A DNA stretch of 64,000 nt from NCBI GenBank assembly GCA_003344405.1, contig NOWV01000027.1, positions 248,001 through 312,000 of the forward strand. The letters run 5' to 3'. Positions 38,721-55,954 of this stretch are shown piece by piece. Source of the DNA: Trichoplax sp. H2. Taxonomy: Eukaryota. A program made the position numbers and the translations under genes. Below the pieces are notes generated by a model that had not been told where the DNA came from, searched no databases, and was given only the letters and a program-made list of their open reading frames with translations. The stretch's first letter is position 1, and every line of letters starts with the position of its first letter.

Positions 38721-41285
38721 ATGGCAAATAATCCTCAGTTTAAGCTGGGAATCTTACATTGCAATTCGACCATAGCTAACGCAATTTTTGCCATTTTATC
38801 CATAATTGGTCAACTAGGGCAGAGTATTACCTTGCCGTTATGGATCGATTCCACGATTGATAACTCATCATTTGAAAACACTGACGGAAATTCTACCGAG
38901 TTAAAAATGGATAGCTACTTCGTTTTAACGTTCTCCTTATCAGTATTCTTTCTTTTCTTTGGATCTATCACGTTATTTCTCAAAGTTACACGTCCAGAAG
39001 AAATTAATCCACTCGGAAAACTGTTTCCTAGCAAATATATCTTGCTAGTTGCATCACTGTCTGCTCTAGATGGTTTATTGATAGTTTATTCGAGTAGCGG
39101 CACAAGAACACCACCTCATCTGCAAGCGATTCTACAGACTGTTGTTATACCCTTGACAATACTCTTCAGGTTAGACTTAGACAATTTATCCACTGTAATT
39201 GACTATAACATAATTTTAAAATGAGTACCATAGGTATATTCCAAACTCTAGTACTAAAGTTATAGCATACTACGTAATCCATGCCTATTATAAATTTCAA
39301 GAAAGATTAATAAGATTTCATCCTCTATTTTTAATTTATCATTTATCAATTAATTATTTATATTTGATTGTAATTGGTACATCATCATCATCTCGTCAGT
39401 AAAATGTGATTATATTCTGTCTAGCTTGCTTGGCTAATTCTTAACTCAATATCTTAAATTACTAGATTTTTCTTTTTACGCAAAAGACCAACGTTACTGA
39501 AATTTATCTGTGCTGGTATGGTCTTAGTAGCCCTTTTTGTCTGTTTAATTCCTACCATGTTTACCATTACTTCTAATCATCAACAGAACATATCTGAAGT
39601 ATCTAATGATCATCCATCATTTATTTGGCCTATTATTTATATAACAGGTTTGGTAAGTACGTTACAGCTTAACAAACATTGCAAATCAAGTATCTAGCGT
39701 TAAGATATTTAAGCTTCGCATCATAAGCAGTCAATATTACTAAAAAAAATACAGCGGCCTTCATAACACAATCATTTTTCATCATTTAGATTCCAGGCAC
39801 AATTTCCATTATCTTCATGGAAGCTAGTTTGAAACTAAAGCTCGATCAAGATAAAACCGTTAATATATTTTGGTTTTTAACTTGGGTAAAGTTATATCAG
39901 TTGGTTATTATTGTCCTTTGCTTTTGGACGGATTTTCTTCCTCATTGGGGTGATCAACCTAATATTGAGATATTTGCTAAAAGGCACGTTAGCATTAATT
40001 CGATGTAGGCTTTGATTTGATCAAATTTTTTATATTGTTCAGATAACATAGTTTTGATTCTAGTTCCGATTCTTTTCGTCTGTCTTGCTATTTCTCGACA
40101 TTATCATCTATACTATAGCATCCAAACAAAATATTTGTAACATAAATAAGATACCATAGTGATTTAGTTTAGTCTTTTAATGTATATCTTGTGGGCAATG
40201 TACTAAAGAAGTCTAGGTCACACAATCTTAATCCAAGTTTGTATTGTTCTTTACTTATCTTTCTATCTGACGGTATTATGATCTAATAATGGAATGCTGC
40301 CTTGTTTAGCAGTTTTACAAAGAATTTCTTACTCCATGTGTATTTATGCGTATAAAATTATTTACTCATAGTTATGTTGAAGGCAATGCATTTAAAGTTT
40401 TCTAAAGAAATTTAGCTTTAAAGATTTCCTATATTATCATAATATCAATTTAAATATAACTCATAATTACTAAATGAACGGTGCTTATAGTATTTGATGT
40501 TTTAAATACAATCTGCAAATCAATCTAATTTGCTTACAAATAATGTATTAAATTGGGTTATCAAATTATAGCTGGGTATTCTCTATATCATGTTTTTTTG
40601 GTGGATCAGGTTGTTCTCCATCGCCTGGAGTACGTGGTACTATTTTCATGTTGTGCTATATCTTAAATTTTACATCCAGCCTGCTTTTAATTCAATATTC
40701 CGAAGGAGCTGCCCTCGCTGCGATGGTATCGGTAAGTGACCGATTTCAAATATAGATTGCATAGTTATGTCACATTTCGTAGCTAATCATATAGATAATT
40801 ATAATCTATCTCTTTATTGATTCATCATATACGAGCGTACAAAACACCAAACTTCTAATTTTCATTTTTAGTCTGTTGTGACTCCGTTAAATTTTTTGTT
40901 TTGGACCTTATTTAATGAACGACCATTCCAGTGGCATCCTCATCTATCAACTTCCTTATGGTTTAGTATTGGAGGTTTATGTCTTATGTTTCCAGCTATT
41001 CTGATATATAACTTCGGGTAAGAAACAAAATTATATACTTTATAAGTGAAAATTAGTAAGAATTTGTAAATTATTGGACCGAGATTTAACGAAGTTGTTT
41101 TATTCTCATACATAATTCCCAAGTTTGATACTATGGCTTTGTTAAAAGTATCTAATTTTTTGTATTTTAATTTATTAACTACAAATAGTGAAAAGGAGAA
41201 AGTCGTAGAAGATCATCAACCGGAAGAAAGAAAGCACCTTTTGGAACAAGAATTGCGAGATTTATCAAATGCAGAACAATATTAG
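38721..41285 (+). CDS. CRT-like membrane transporter, paralog B
   Basis: Same exon structure and motifs as paralog A (GQSITLPLW, SSGTRTPPHLQAILQ, FWTDFLPHWG, YSEGAALAAMV, FWTLFNERPFQWHP). Ends EERKHLLEQELRDLSNAEQY*. Confidence 0.78.
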
Positions 41286-42144
41286 GAATTACAAAAACAA
41301 AGTTATCTTTATTTGTATTATGATCAAGCCTTTCTAATATCTGTAATATTTTATTTTCGAATGTTTAACCATAATACTAATGGTGAATTTCACAAAGCTG
41401 ATAATAGTCTAGACTATTTTAATTATAAACACTAAAATGGATATCATTTTACAATAATATCCCAATCACAAGATAAAAATTTTTATATAAATTTACTACG
41501 CACTTGTATATTTAAGATGAGATATTCGAAGTAAGATATTGTTATTCTATTAAATTATGCCCTCATGCGATTGCTTCATTGTTTTAAATTAGCATCTAGG
41601 CTACTTTCCCCTTATATTGAAAGAAATCGGAGTAGACCATTTTTATCTCCATCAATTATCTAATTAAGCTCATGCCAGCTGTTTTACGCGATTAATATAA
41701 TAATCTGCGACTATTAATATCCAGCTTGAAAAGATAATCATCTCATATAAATTCATGATTTCTACTTAATTAGTATGAAATAAGAATGCTCAATTATACG
41801 TTCGGACACTATATGCTGTAGATATGTCCGTAGCAGATTAGCGACTCGTTCACTTTACTGTGACAGCAAAAATTCTTATAAAAGCTGTTGCTACTACTTC
41901 TGTACGTGCCTAAGCAATAAAGTAGTAATTATCTATCAGCACTTTTCCGCGTATTTATTACAAATATCTGACATACTTGATATAATACAAGGCTGTTGTA
42001 CCGCATTTATACTCATTTTAACGCCATCTCTAACTTTTTTTTGCATCTACAAGCGGCTAATGGAACAATTATTGATTGGCCTATAACATAAGGTTTTACT
42101 ACAAAATTTGAAATTATATTGAAGCATCTTTATATAGATTCTTT

Positions 42145-42810
42145 TATCAGAAGCTCTTGACTGTAACAAATTGAGGGAATATATTCATCTTTCGATTAGC
42201 CCTTGACTGTAGATATGCAGATAGAGTATTCAGCAGTTAGGTTAAAACCTTATACTACATAATAATTGTAGATCTCTATAGTATTTAGGATCGTTTTGAA
42301 TGCAGTCTCTGTATAGTTTCTTTCTGTAGAAGCTTTTAAATGCAACAAATCAATTAGGCTAGTATTCCTTTAATAGAGTACAAGATCTTTTCCATATGCA
42401 CCTTTCTAGTATCTATTGAATGTAGGCATACAGATAGAGTATCTAGACATTCGGTTAAAATAATTATAATTAATTATACTTTCGCGTACACAATAATTCT
42501 CTCTGTAGAAGCTGTTGACTGTAACAAATTATTTTGCCTATAATTCCTTTAATAGAGTATAAGATCTTTTTGCGTATTGATGCTTCTAGTATCTCTTAAT
42601 TATGGGTATACCGATAGAGTATCCCAGCCATTCACTTCAAATAATTAATTATATTTATGCTACATAATAATTGAAGATATTTTAGTAGTGTTTGAGTTAG
42701 TTTTGAATGCAACTTCCCGACAAACTCTTTCTGCAGATGTTGCTATCTGTAAGAGCTTGATTAATCTATTATTCTCTTAATATAAAATAAAATCTTTCTA
42801 CAATACTGGA
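42145..42810. repeat. Diverged tandem repeat, about 175-230 bp x 4
   Basis: Recurrent blocks CTGTAGAAGC..TGACTGTAACAAATT, ATTCCTTTAATAGAGTA.AAGATCTTTT and GATAGAGTAT. Confidence 0.75.
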
Positions 42811-43010
42811 GTATTTTATTGCAATTCTGATACCGATCTATAGTATTAGAGTATTCTATTGCGATCTTTGAGCAGATTCTTTGTCCACAAGCTGTAATAT
42901 AGATCCAAAATCAATAATAAATATTTCTGATCGGACAGACAGACAAATGTCCACTTGGGCCTCAGGCTACGCGGGCGCAGTGCTAACCTAATTCTACAAG
43001 TTAACCCTCC

Positions 43011-45917
43011 ATGGCCTCCATGGCTACAGCTTGGAGAAATTTCGAGCATATTAATTTAATCTCATTAGAGTCGCAAACGAATATTTATGGCTCAGCAGTG
43101 TTATCTTTAGATAGAAATATAAATAAAAAAGTTCTTATTGCATCTTTAGACGGTCCAGTTACTTGTGTAAAATATGATAAAACGCGAGGAAACCAACTTA
43201 AATGTATATGTGATGAAATGCCATTACCAAGCACTGTCTCATCGTGTAAGTGATATTGCAAGATGTTGAATTTCTCAATGTTTTTTTCCACAGTTCATCT
43301 ATTAGTCAATGCTTTATGCAGTAAGTAGGCATTGCGTTACAGGATATAATGCTGTTGTAACTAGAGAACTAATCTATAGAATTTTGATGTGTTAGCTATG
43401 TTTGAGGTGGTTGCTATTGATTCATTCAATAAATATAATGCTCAAAATCAAGTTGTCATAACATTGGTCTTAATGCCTGGAAGTGTAGAGATGGAGGATA
43501 TTGATATTAATACACCTGAAAAAATTCGTCCACTTCAACCTCTTCTTGCTATTTATGTAGCACACAGTGATAAATCAAGTGATCTAAAGATGGAAGAATT
43601 AGCTAGTATGACTGAATATTCTTAAAAATAATCGTCATTCATTTCACGAATAAATACTCGTATTTCATAGCATTGCCTACAAACTTGCGAGAGATTGACG
43701 CGAAACTCTCGTCAGCTTTGCGATCTTCTTCATTGATAATTGTTAGGCTTGTATTTTTCATTCATAGATTGATTTATTATTCTTAGGTACAGGCCAAAAA
43801 TTAGGTTTATCCTTTACACCTCTACACCTCAATCATATTTGGTAAGTTGACAATTCGAGCATACCGTATGAAACCCTCGTATATTGTAAACACATTAATT
43901 AGACTATCATAGAGAATTTACATTGCTTCCTAGTAAACAATTAAGGATAGAGGTATTGAATAACGTAATCATAATCTCATAGATCAGTTGGAAAGTAATG
44001 ACATTGCCATAATTCTTTGTTCGAATAATTGTAACTTAAACATACAAGGTCTAACCGTAATATTGGAAATATCTAGCATTTGTAGGGATGGAGTGAAAGA
44101 GATTGCCATCCTATTATCAGATGTTAACAAAGCAGTCCATGTTTTTGTAAAGGTTAGCATCTAGCTGTAAAATTGTTCAATGGTTTTGTACTACATTAAT
44201 CACTAATTTATATTAAGGATCCTAATGGGGACTTTGATAAATCAACATTAGCCGCACAACTTCCAGAATTTCAAAATTTACAAGACGAGTAAAGTTACAT
44301 TTTTAATTTGATCTATTCAATGTAGTTTTTGTAATAACGCACGTAAAGGTTTTAAATTTCAGTAATTTTATCATTAAATTAAGATGATTAATAGTTTATT
44401 TTAATTTATTACAAGCGTCCTTTGGATCGATTCGCAGCATACATCGCAGAGAAGGTATACAGCAGTCGGAGGCCAGGATGGATACGTTAAATTTACAATA
44501 TCGAACTTGCAAACAAATCGTAAGATAAATGGACATTACTATACTTTTAAAGATTAATTACTTTGATTGTGAAATTTAAGGCTGGATTGCACAATGATTC
44601 TGAACGATTGATTACAGAACAAATTCAATCTTGGACTGTTGAACACCAAGGAGCTATTTCATCTGTTCGCTTGTTTACCTTTGAATCTGAAGCATACTGC
44701 GGCTCTAAAATTAAAAGTAATTGTACTACAGTACATTAAAAATAATAGATATCTACTACGATTAGCGTTAGCAGGTAATATTAGATATTCTTTACTTTTT
44801 TAAAAGGTTCGCTGCAAGATTATTCAAATAAAAGCCAAAATAATGAAGAATCTTGTCGATACTCGCTGTTGGTCGCATGCTCGACCGACGTAAGCGTAGT
44901 CTACGAGTGCGTAAAACTCTATTTCACTTGAAATGCATAGTAACTTTAAAATAGTAAACTGATCAAAGTACATGTACTATTGTCTCTTTTTCGTCTGAAT
45001 GATTTAAATTTTCATCTTAACAGAGATGTTTGTTCCGAAGGTTTTAATCTACCATTGGTATTGCCAGGATCCAATGAATATGATTGTATTTTGTGTAGTT
45101 ATATTGCTGATATTGATTGGGATGGTAAGAATGAAATTATACTTGGTAGCTACGGGCAGGTATATCATACTCAAATATAACTTTAAAGCATTAGAATATT
45201 TTAATTCATCGAATAGATTATTTTTGAAATTGAGGGGATATTAAGATTATTTTTTGTACGTTATTAACTAGGAACTCTTGGTTTATAAACGTTTAGATAA
45301 TTATTTTAATTTAAGTAAAGACGGTGAGAAAGTGCTGATTTCATTTTTTAAAATACAGCGCACTTCGTAACAGTAAATTGAATGGTTAGATATTATTATA
45401 ATTGTAGTAGGTAAAACTACGAAAACAGACGGTATTGTTTAGAAATTGATACATGGTGATGATAATAATTCTAAATATTTATACCTGAAGATACCGATGA
45501 GACTTTGATGGAAAAGGCTCGCTCCCCGTATAAATCTTTGGACTTAATATATCAACATAGTTTCTCTGAGCCGATTTATTCGTGTTGTTATATCGACTTA
45601 ACTGGTGACGGCGTTTGCGAGTTAGTCGTTACGACATTTCGCGCTCTTCATGTTCTACAGGTAACGAGCCTAAGGGTTGGTATATGCCTGTATCTATACT
45701 ATACTAATAATACCTTTTCTAGATGGGTTACCGCAGTAAATGAATTTGTAGATTTAGCATTTAAGTAGCAAATTACACCATACAATATGTTAAATCAATC
45801 TTATATCGTATCATTGTTGTCTATTATTTTAAACAGCATAATTTGGAGTCAGTTTCGCAAAAGTGCTCAGAAAGAACAGCATTGTTACTGGAGGGAAGAA
45901 TTGATTGGGATATCTAA
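43011..45917 (+). CDS. KPTN: Kaptin (KICSTOR complex subunit)
   Basis: ESQTNIYG, EVVAIDSFNK, LPGSNEYDCILCSYIADIDWDGKNEIILGSYGQELLVYK, DLTGDGVCELVV...LHVLQH. TAA at 45915-45917. Confidence 0.93.
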
Positions 45918-46782
45918 TCGCAGATATTAAGTTTCACGCCTTGAAATTTGTCTGCTGGTATCTTTAACTTGTCTTATTTAATTGTATATAAATATCTCAG
46001 ATAATAAGTGAAACATGAAATAGTTAATAGGAAACGGTGTTAAGTTGTTATTTAATAAAAACTGAATATCCGCTATTTCAACCAACACCGTTAACTCAGA
46101 CAATCCCGTACTACAATGATATAATTTTATTTCCTTATTGTCAAAGTTATTCATTGTCAACATCATTCCTGCAATAGTTACAGAACCACAATAGTATTAT
46201 TGAAGACCATGATATACCGCACTAGTGTGATACCCTTCAAAAATAAAAATGTCTAAGGAATTTTTTAAATTACGGATTCAGAGTATCCTGTATTAGTTGG
46301 ACAATTTTCTAGTCGTAAAATTACGTCATGATACTCATAAATAAGACTGTAACTACAATATAACAATTAACTATTGGATTAAAAATGATTATAATACACA
46401 ATTTGTAAGGATTATGATAAAATAAACTATACTAGATTTCTTTCTCTTGGTAAGCTGTACAATATGAAATAAGAGAACATAAACAGAGACATAACAATGT
46501 TCAGTCTATTCTGTATTACAACTTCATTCTATCTACATAAAAGCATAATAAGCATGAAATATTTTTTAAAGCAATGTGTAGAAATACATTATGGTCTTAA
46601 TTTATGCCAAAATGAAGGTTTGCAAACAATGTTAGCATGTATCCGAGCATATTATCATACAAGCATATCTTACAATTCAAAGCCCTTGTAGTATAACGTA
46701 TTTGCTACCATAAGACTGATGAGTTCATAATTTAAGTTGAATTATATTACTTTGATGACTAGCAATAGTCGCCTATTTCAGT

Positions 46783-47304
46783 TTATCCTGATTCCATTTT
46801 CTCTTCACTATCGAGAAAATTTTGGATTATATTTTGTACTCGACGTAATGCAATTTCGTTGCTACTGCTGCATGAATCCCTGTCGAAAGGTGGATTAACC
46901 ATTACAATTCCGACAATACATACACCATCTCCATCCAATTGGAAGGGTATTCGACTCTGACCTAACCAATCTACTAATCGATTTTTTCGTTGTTTAACGG
47001 TTTGATGATCGTATTTATCCACCTCTTGATCCTTTATTGTTAATATCTGTTGTAACTGGTTAGCTAATGGAGCATAATCTTGATCATCAAGCAATGTTAT
47101 ATTGACAATGGCATGGCCCATAATCAACTTGATCTGTTGCTGCTGATCGAGTAGATTATCGAATAGTATGATACTAAGTGATTCTGGGTCAATGGTATAA
47201 ACACATCCAGTTCTCGAGCTACCATCGATCAATTGCAATTTAACTTTCTTATGCAAATAAGGGATTATGTCAGGTAAAGTTAAGCATGGTGATTTCTCGT
47301 CCAT
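46783..47304 (-). CDS. GEMIN6: Gem-associated protein 6 (SMN complex, Sm-like fold), single coding exon
   Basis: GCVYTIDPESLSIIL, LIMGHAI, RKNRLVDWL...RIP, PPFDRDSCSSSNEIALRRVQNII. Confidence 0.93.
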   Translation of the reverse strand: MDEKSPCLTLPDIIPYLHKKVKLQLIDGSSRTGCVYTIDPESLSIILFDNLLDQQQQIKLIMGHAIVNITLLDDQDYAPLANQLQQILTIKDQEVDKYDHQTVKQRKNRLVDWLGQSRIPFQLDGDGVCIVGIVMVNPPFDRDSCSSSNEIALRRVQNIIQNFLDSEEKMESG

Positions 47305-48049
47305 CTTTGAAGCAGGTCGAGGTCTTGCTGTTGCTCATCACACCTTGCATCCTGTATTACTATAGAAGACAGTATGAATCGTGAGGGCTGTACGAGCACC
47401 CCAGTCAAGGCACGCTAGCATCGAGCGGATCGATACTCGCTGTACTGTACTGTACCGTACCGCACCGTGACCGAGCAAAGAGATGACTCTAGTACCGCAT
47501 CAATCAAAACTCCGTTACGACCACGTCTACCTTACTACTGAAATAGTATAACGTAAGTGAGTATATAGTAGTAAAATAGAGCAGGCCCGCAGAGACTATA
47601 TAGCAGTAAGCGGAGCGTGTATTTGGCGCTAGATACTCAAGACTCCCTAACTTTAGAATTGCCAAGGTTACAAGCTACTTCCAATATTGCTTTTAGCAAC
47701 AAATTATCATCTAGACACATCTAATATAGTTGTTTACACCCAAATTCATAGGTAGAATACATTAATGATCATTTTAGCTAATTCGATGACTTTTTGTTGT
47801 ACTAGTACCGGCAGTCAAGATCAAGATTAATAAGTATTGAAGGTTCACCAAGATTTCGTGCAAGCCAAAGCATAACGATCAAGATTTAAATTATATACTG
47901 TGGTTTACTCCGGTTGGACATCGACATACCTGATGGTAGCCCTCGTGCATTAAATTGTTGAGATTGCTTGTTGTGCATTATCCTGGTACGACCTATCTGC
48001 AATCGCTGAAATTTGGGTAGTTCATCTACAGTATTATATCTTTGCATTG

Positions 48050-50561
<2,512 letters not shown>

Positions 50562-53500
50562 ACCCCTATGAGTGTCACATAAACCTGCGTAGATCATTAG
50601 TTACTATATTCTGTTTATTTTTAAATTTTATTTATTAACACGAGATATATTATATATTTTTGTCGTATAAAAAAGAAGATGGTATAGTCCAGTTCAGCTA
50701 TAGGTTTATTTCTAATCATTTAATTTATGTAATAAAAATTAGGCGATTGACATTGTCAAACAAATATAAAATTTAATTACTGGTATGATGAAATTTATTT
50801 CAATTTTTCATAACCATAGCATAACAATCTTTTTCTACGTATTAATAATATCGGCATAAATTTGATTTAAAGCTATTGCTGTCTAGCATTTACCAATTGA
50901 TCGTTATTTATTACAATAGACCTATTTACTTCAATGCGGAATGAAAATAGACATTAGACTATGTCCAAGTGTATAATTACAATGGAATGATAAAGATGAT
51001 ACTGATTCTATTTATATGATAAGTATTTCATTCTCTATGTTATGACTCATCCGGGTTATTGAATATTATCATTTTAATTTGGTAACGCTATCGACAAACT
51101 CACATTTTAACCAGTTATGATGCTGTGTATTTGTATTAATACCCTACAGTTTATGTTGTATGATCGATATCATAGGAAGAGCATTTGAATTATAAATCTA
51201 AAGGTCCAAGCGAAAGTGGAACGCAAATAGTTCGATTTATTCCCATAATTTAGGGCTACGGTATAGCCACAGGAAATGATTAATATCAACTTAATGAGAA
51301 TGATCTCGTTCAAGTTGTAAGCTCAGCATACTATGAAATCCAAATAATAGCTGTTACAAGTTTTATACAAATCAGACGTGAACAATTTCTATCCACTAGA
51401 CTTTATAATATAGTCTATATATTAAAAAATGCGTCTGCTGCTAATAGTAAGTAATGGCTCTCCTTATTAGAAGTTATACAGTAGGCTAGCCGACAACTTT
51501 TTTCACGGGCCTATCGTCTACGTGATATATTAGATATTCTCCGATATTGAATCAACCGCATGACAGTCGCAAGAAAGCCCCTTCTATTTGTATATAAATT
51601 AGACGCAAGGATTATTTTTATACGATAATCTAAAATTCCATAATTTTAGCATGAATAACGAGCGAATTTATATAAATTATATCTGCTAAATGCTAAAATT
51701 AATTATAGAATTATCATGATAAAAATAGATCGCAGATACCCTCAGGGTAATTGTTTCCAATAGAAAACTTGTGGTATATTTGTTATTATAATAATATAAA
51801 GTTGTTAACGTATTTATAGTGCATTTGTACTTTAGATCAGTTACCATAGGCTTTTAAGATATTCAATGGCGTAGTCATCAACTCAACAAAGTCTGAGTAT
51901 AAATTGTTTACCATCCATAACTTTTTCTTTGCAAATTATTACCAATAAGCCTCGATTGCTGATAATAGGGCTCCCCGTGGAGAAGTGAAATTTTAAGGAG
52001 CACTGATTAATAATCAATATCAAATGTACTAACTGACGTGTAACCAATATTAAAATAAGTTTAACGGGAAAAAAGTAAAGCATGATATAAATCATTTATG
52101 AATCTATTTTAAATTAGATACAGAAAAGTTATGAAATAAAAATACCATTTAGTTAATCGCACTATTATCATTAATGTTATTCAAATTTGGATACAGACAA
52201 TGATTTCAATCAGTATTGAATTCGCACTTTTATTCACCACTTATTTAATAGCTATTAGCTATAATTCAAGCACTGTTTTCTCTATTCTTTACTACTACCC
52301 ATTTTAAAAGCGCGATGATAAAGATATTCCCATCTCTACATATACAATTATAGATTGTGTTAATCTAAGATCGACATTCTTAAATTTGACAACTGTCGAC
52401 TGGGCAATCAAAGCGATAGAGACAATGAACGACTTATTAAATTGTATCTTAATTAGAATAAATAAACGAGTCATCATCATAAATTCATTAACAATTGTAA
52501 AAACTCAAGACAATAAATTAGAATATAATTAGGTCGGAAAAATTCAATTTATTACCGCACTTAAATTTATATTCTTTATTCAACATTGTATCACTCTCGT
52601 TGATGATGAATAGCAATCCATGACGCAAAGTCTTGACCCTTCTTTACATCTCTATTGCTATTTTTCTCGTATTATCAAAATAAACAATAATTTTTCTTCT
52701 ATTCTTTATGACGGACATCTAAAGCAACATTAATCATTTATTGACATAGCTTACATCCCTTGTAACTAACGAGATCTTTCTTCGGTATCTTGCGAGATGC
52801 TTATTTTTACAAGTGACTTTATTCCAAATAACAAACTGTAGCTTATCATCGAGATTTAACTTGAACAGGGCTGAAAATTTTATGTTACTTTATCCATTAT
52901 AACAGAGTTGGTACAATCTTTATTTGCTGTTTAATTAATCAAGTTGAACTAGAAGGTAAGTAGTTTAACGATGAACCTGAACAATAAATAGCAAGAAACT
53001 GATTAGAAAGAGGATAATTATATTGTATGATGGCTAGAATGTTAAACTTTTTTCGAGTATAAACATGAAATTTTCCTATCCATTTCAAGTATTAAGACGG
53101 AGCTAAAGTTAATTCATTCTATATGCACCCTAGTAATTTGTTAGATTCAAGTTTGTTATAAAGGAGGCAATGAGAAAAATATGATAATGGTATACGATTA
53201 CTCTAATTCGAAAACTTGATGAGTAACAATATCGCCCAAAATAGAGTAAGCTTAAGGTATAGTTCGCCTTAAACTCTCTTTTTACATTCATATCTATCTG
53301 GACTTATAAATGCTAGTAAAGGTGTCATAGATGGCATTAGGAGTCCTACCGTTTTTTCTATTTTCCTTATTTAACGATAATTAAGAACAATCAATTTATT
53401 TAGCACCCTTCTACTTCACAGTTAATTTGTTTATCTTGAGCATACGTGGCGTCGTATATAGTGTTAGAAAATATTCGAGTCTCTTAATATTTCCCTTCCT

Positions 53501-53899
53501 AATCCGCCTTCATTATTAAGGAGACAAATCTCTTCATTTTCATCTTTATCATAAGTAAATTAGATCGAAATCAAAGAGTAGATCTAAGATCGTATAAAGT
53601 ATTTATCAATTTAAGTAAAATCGCAGCATTATCCATAATTGTGGCAGAGCATGATAAAGTTATTCACTGTATTAACTATCTCACAATTAGCGATGGTCAA
53701 TAAAATTAATTAGTAATATCCGAAGTTGTAGTCAATAAAAGTGCTTATAATCCGACCTGATTACGTACACCTTTCAATCGGTGATGGTAATAATCAATTC
53801 AATATATTAAGAAAGTCTTTACGGAATGCTTTTGTAATCTCGTCTAATGTGGATTATCCTATTCAGCGATTGAGACCTTCGATAAAAATTTGTTAGCAA

Positions 53900-54750
53900 A
53901 GTCCAATAGAATTAGATTCTCTGTTGATGAAATATTTTCTCATCATCGAACGTAGTTTTCTATTTAAGTTGCTAAAGAAGTTCCTAATCAGCGCCTGCGA
54001 TCTTTCATGAAATCCAATAATAAAAATTTAGTAAAAAAATGCCATAAAATCCTACCGATATTTGATAAAACATAAATCTGCTGCTCAGTAATGGCCACCC
54101 ATTAAATCCGTTTATTAATAAAGACCTAGTGAAAATATATTAAATCTTATTAGAAGGAATCCAAATCTTCTGCTCATCAATCATTATTTTCGGTAAAAGT
54201 TCGTTAATAAAAGCATAATAAAAAGTATCTAAAATCTTGTTTGATAAAAAATTAATTAGTCTTCGGTTAATCAATCTCTACCGTCCGGCAAATCTGTTAA
54301 TAAAATATCATAAGAAATACGGTACTAAAAAATCTTATTTGATGAAATATTAATCTCGTGCTCATCAATCCTCATCTTCGTTTAATCCGTTATTAGAACT
54401 ATAGTCAAAAGTACTTAACATTTAATTCATGGAATAGGAATCTCCTGCTCAGTAATAGCAATCTTCCGTCAAATTCGTTAATAAGAGCAAAATGAGAAAT
54501 ACTTTAAAATCTTATTTGACGGAATATAAATCTACAGCAATAGTAAAAACATATTCGATAGAATATGAATCTCCTGCTCAGTAATTGCCATCTTTCATCA
54601 AAATTTATTTGTAAACGCATGACAAAAAATGGTTAAAAATCTTATTTTATCCCTTGATCAGGGATTGCGATCTTGAATACAATCTGCTATTAACACCTGG
54701 ATAAAAGGGATTTACGTTTTCATTCAACAGCATATCTTCTAATCAGTAAT
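53900..54750. repeat. Degenerate minisatellite, about 90-bp unit
   Basis: CTGCTCAGTAAT/CTGCTCATCAAT at about 54081, 54170, 54358, 54445 and 54574, interleaved with AAATCTTATTTGA. Confidence 0.75.
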
Positions 54751-55954
54751 TGCGCTGATAAATAATTCTCATTATGTTTATCATTACGGTTAATTTCTAC
54801 AACATTAATCTCATATGCATTCCATAATTATTTTATTAGCCTTCACTCCTAATTGGATAGTTATTCCCGGAGCTTTAACTACAGTATTTATTTTAAAATA
54901 GGTCTGGTTATCTTGTCATATTTGCGGCTAAAATTGATTGTTTCAAGCGGATTATCATCAATACTTTGGCGTTTATATTTGGTCTACACATCGATTGATC
55001 CCTTTTATTTATAGGCTTTTAATACTATGCTGTATTAATATCGCTTTCCAGTTCATATATCTTTAATTTATATACCTATATAGGTAAGAAATTGAAGGTA
55101 TTTTAAATGAGATAGTATAACTACTCAGACTAGACTATTTGTGCCATTTTGAAACATAAATCTTTCGTTTGATTGAGTAAATTAATATGACAGCTGTTAC
55201 TGTAAAAAATGAGCTCCAATTCGACTTATTAATCTCGAAATAACTATATTAAATTAGATATAGAATTATGTAGACCAGATAGAACAGTTTCTGTAAAAAT
55301 TAAAATTGGATATCTCGAATTAGTTGTCTTTGAGTCAAATATTAAAGGAGTGAATAATGGAAATTAACGTGCCTGAACAGCATGATATACCGTTTGTTTG
55401 GTCAATTTCTTACCCTAAATTATACTCACGAAGAATGGCCTATTAATCCATTCGTTGATGGTTAATGCATTCTGGTATGGCTATAAATTTGCCTTTCGAA
55501 ATGAATTATTATGTGCAAGGCAAGATTTTTTCTTTAAGACCTCTACCAATGCGTGAATTATTTTTCTTATTTTAAATTCACAGCTAGCCTAAAAGTGTGT
55601 AGAATTGATGAATAGCATCCTGCTAGGGTAATTAGTCTCTACCCAAACTAGATGCTTCTCTCTGTAGGGGTACTGTTATTGTATTCAAGCTGAATAAGCG
55701 CCATTTTACACTAGAAAAATGAGGCATTAGCATGATTTAGCTCCAGTAAAGAGTACGGCTGAGATCTCAATATGGTTTACCTGACCGATTTTCGCCACAA
55801 TTTGAGCTGAGTCCTTAACTCTCCGTTGATCATTATTACTTTCTTGAAATATTTAGTAGCCTCTACCATAAAACAGTTCAAACCTTGTTTACTATTTCAG
55901 CAATAACGACGCAAATTATATCCGTCTTGTGGCGAAATAGCGTTAAATTCTGTG

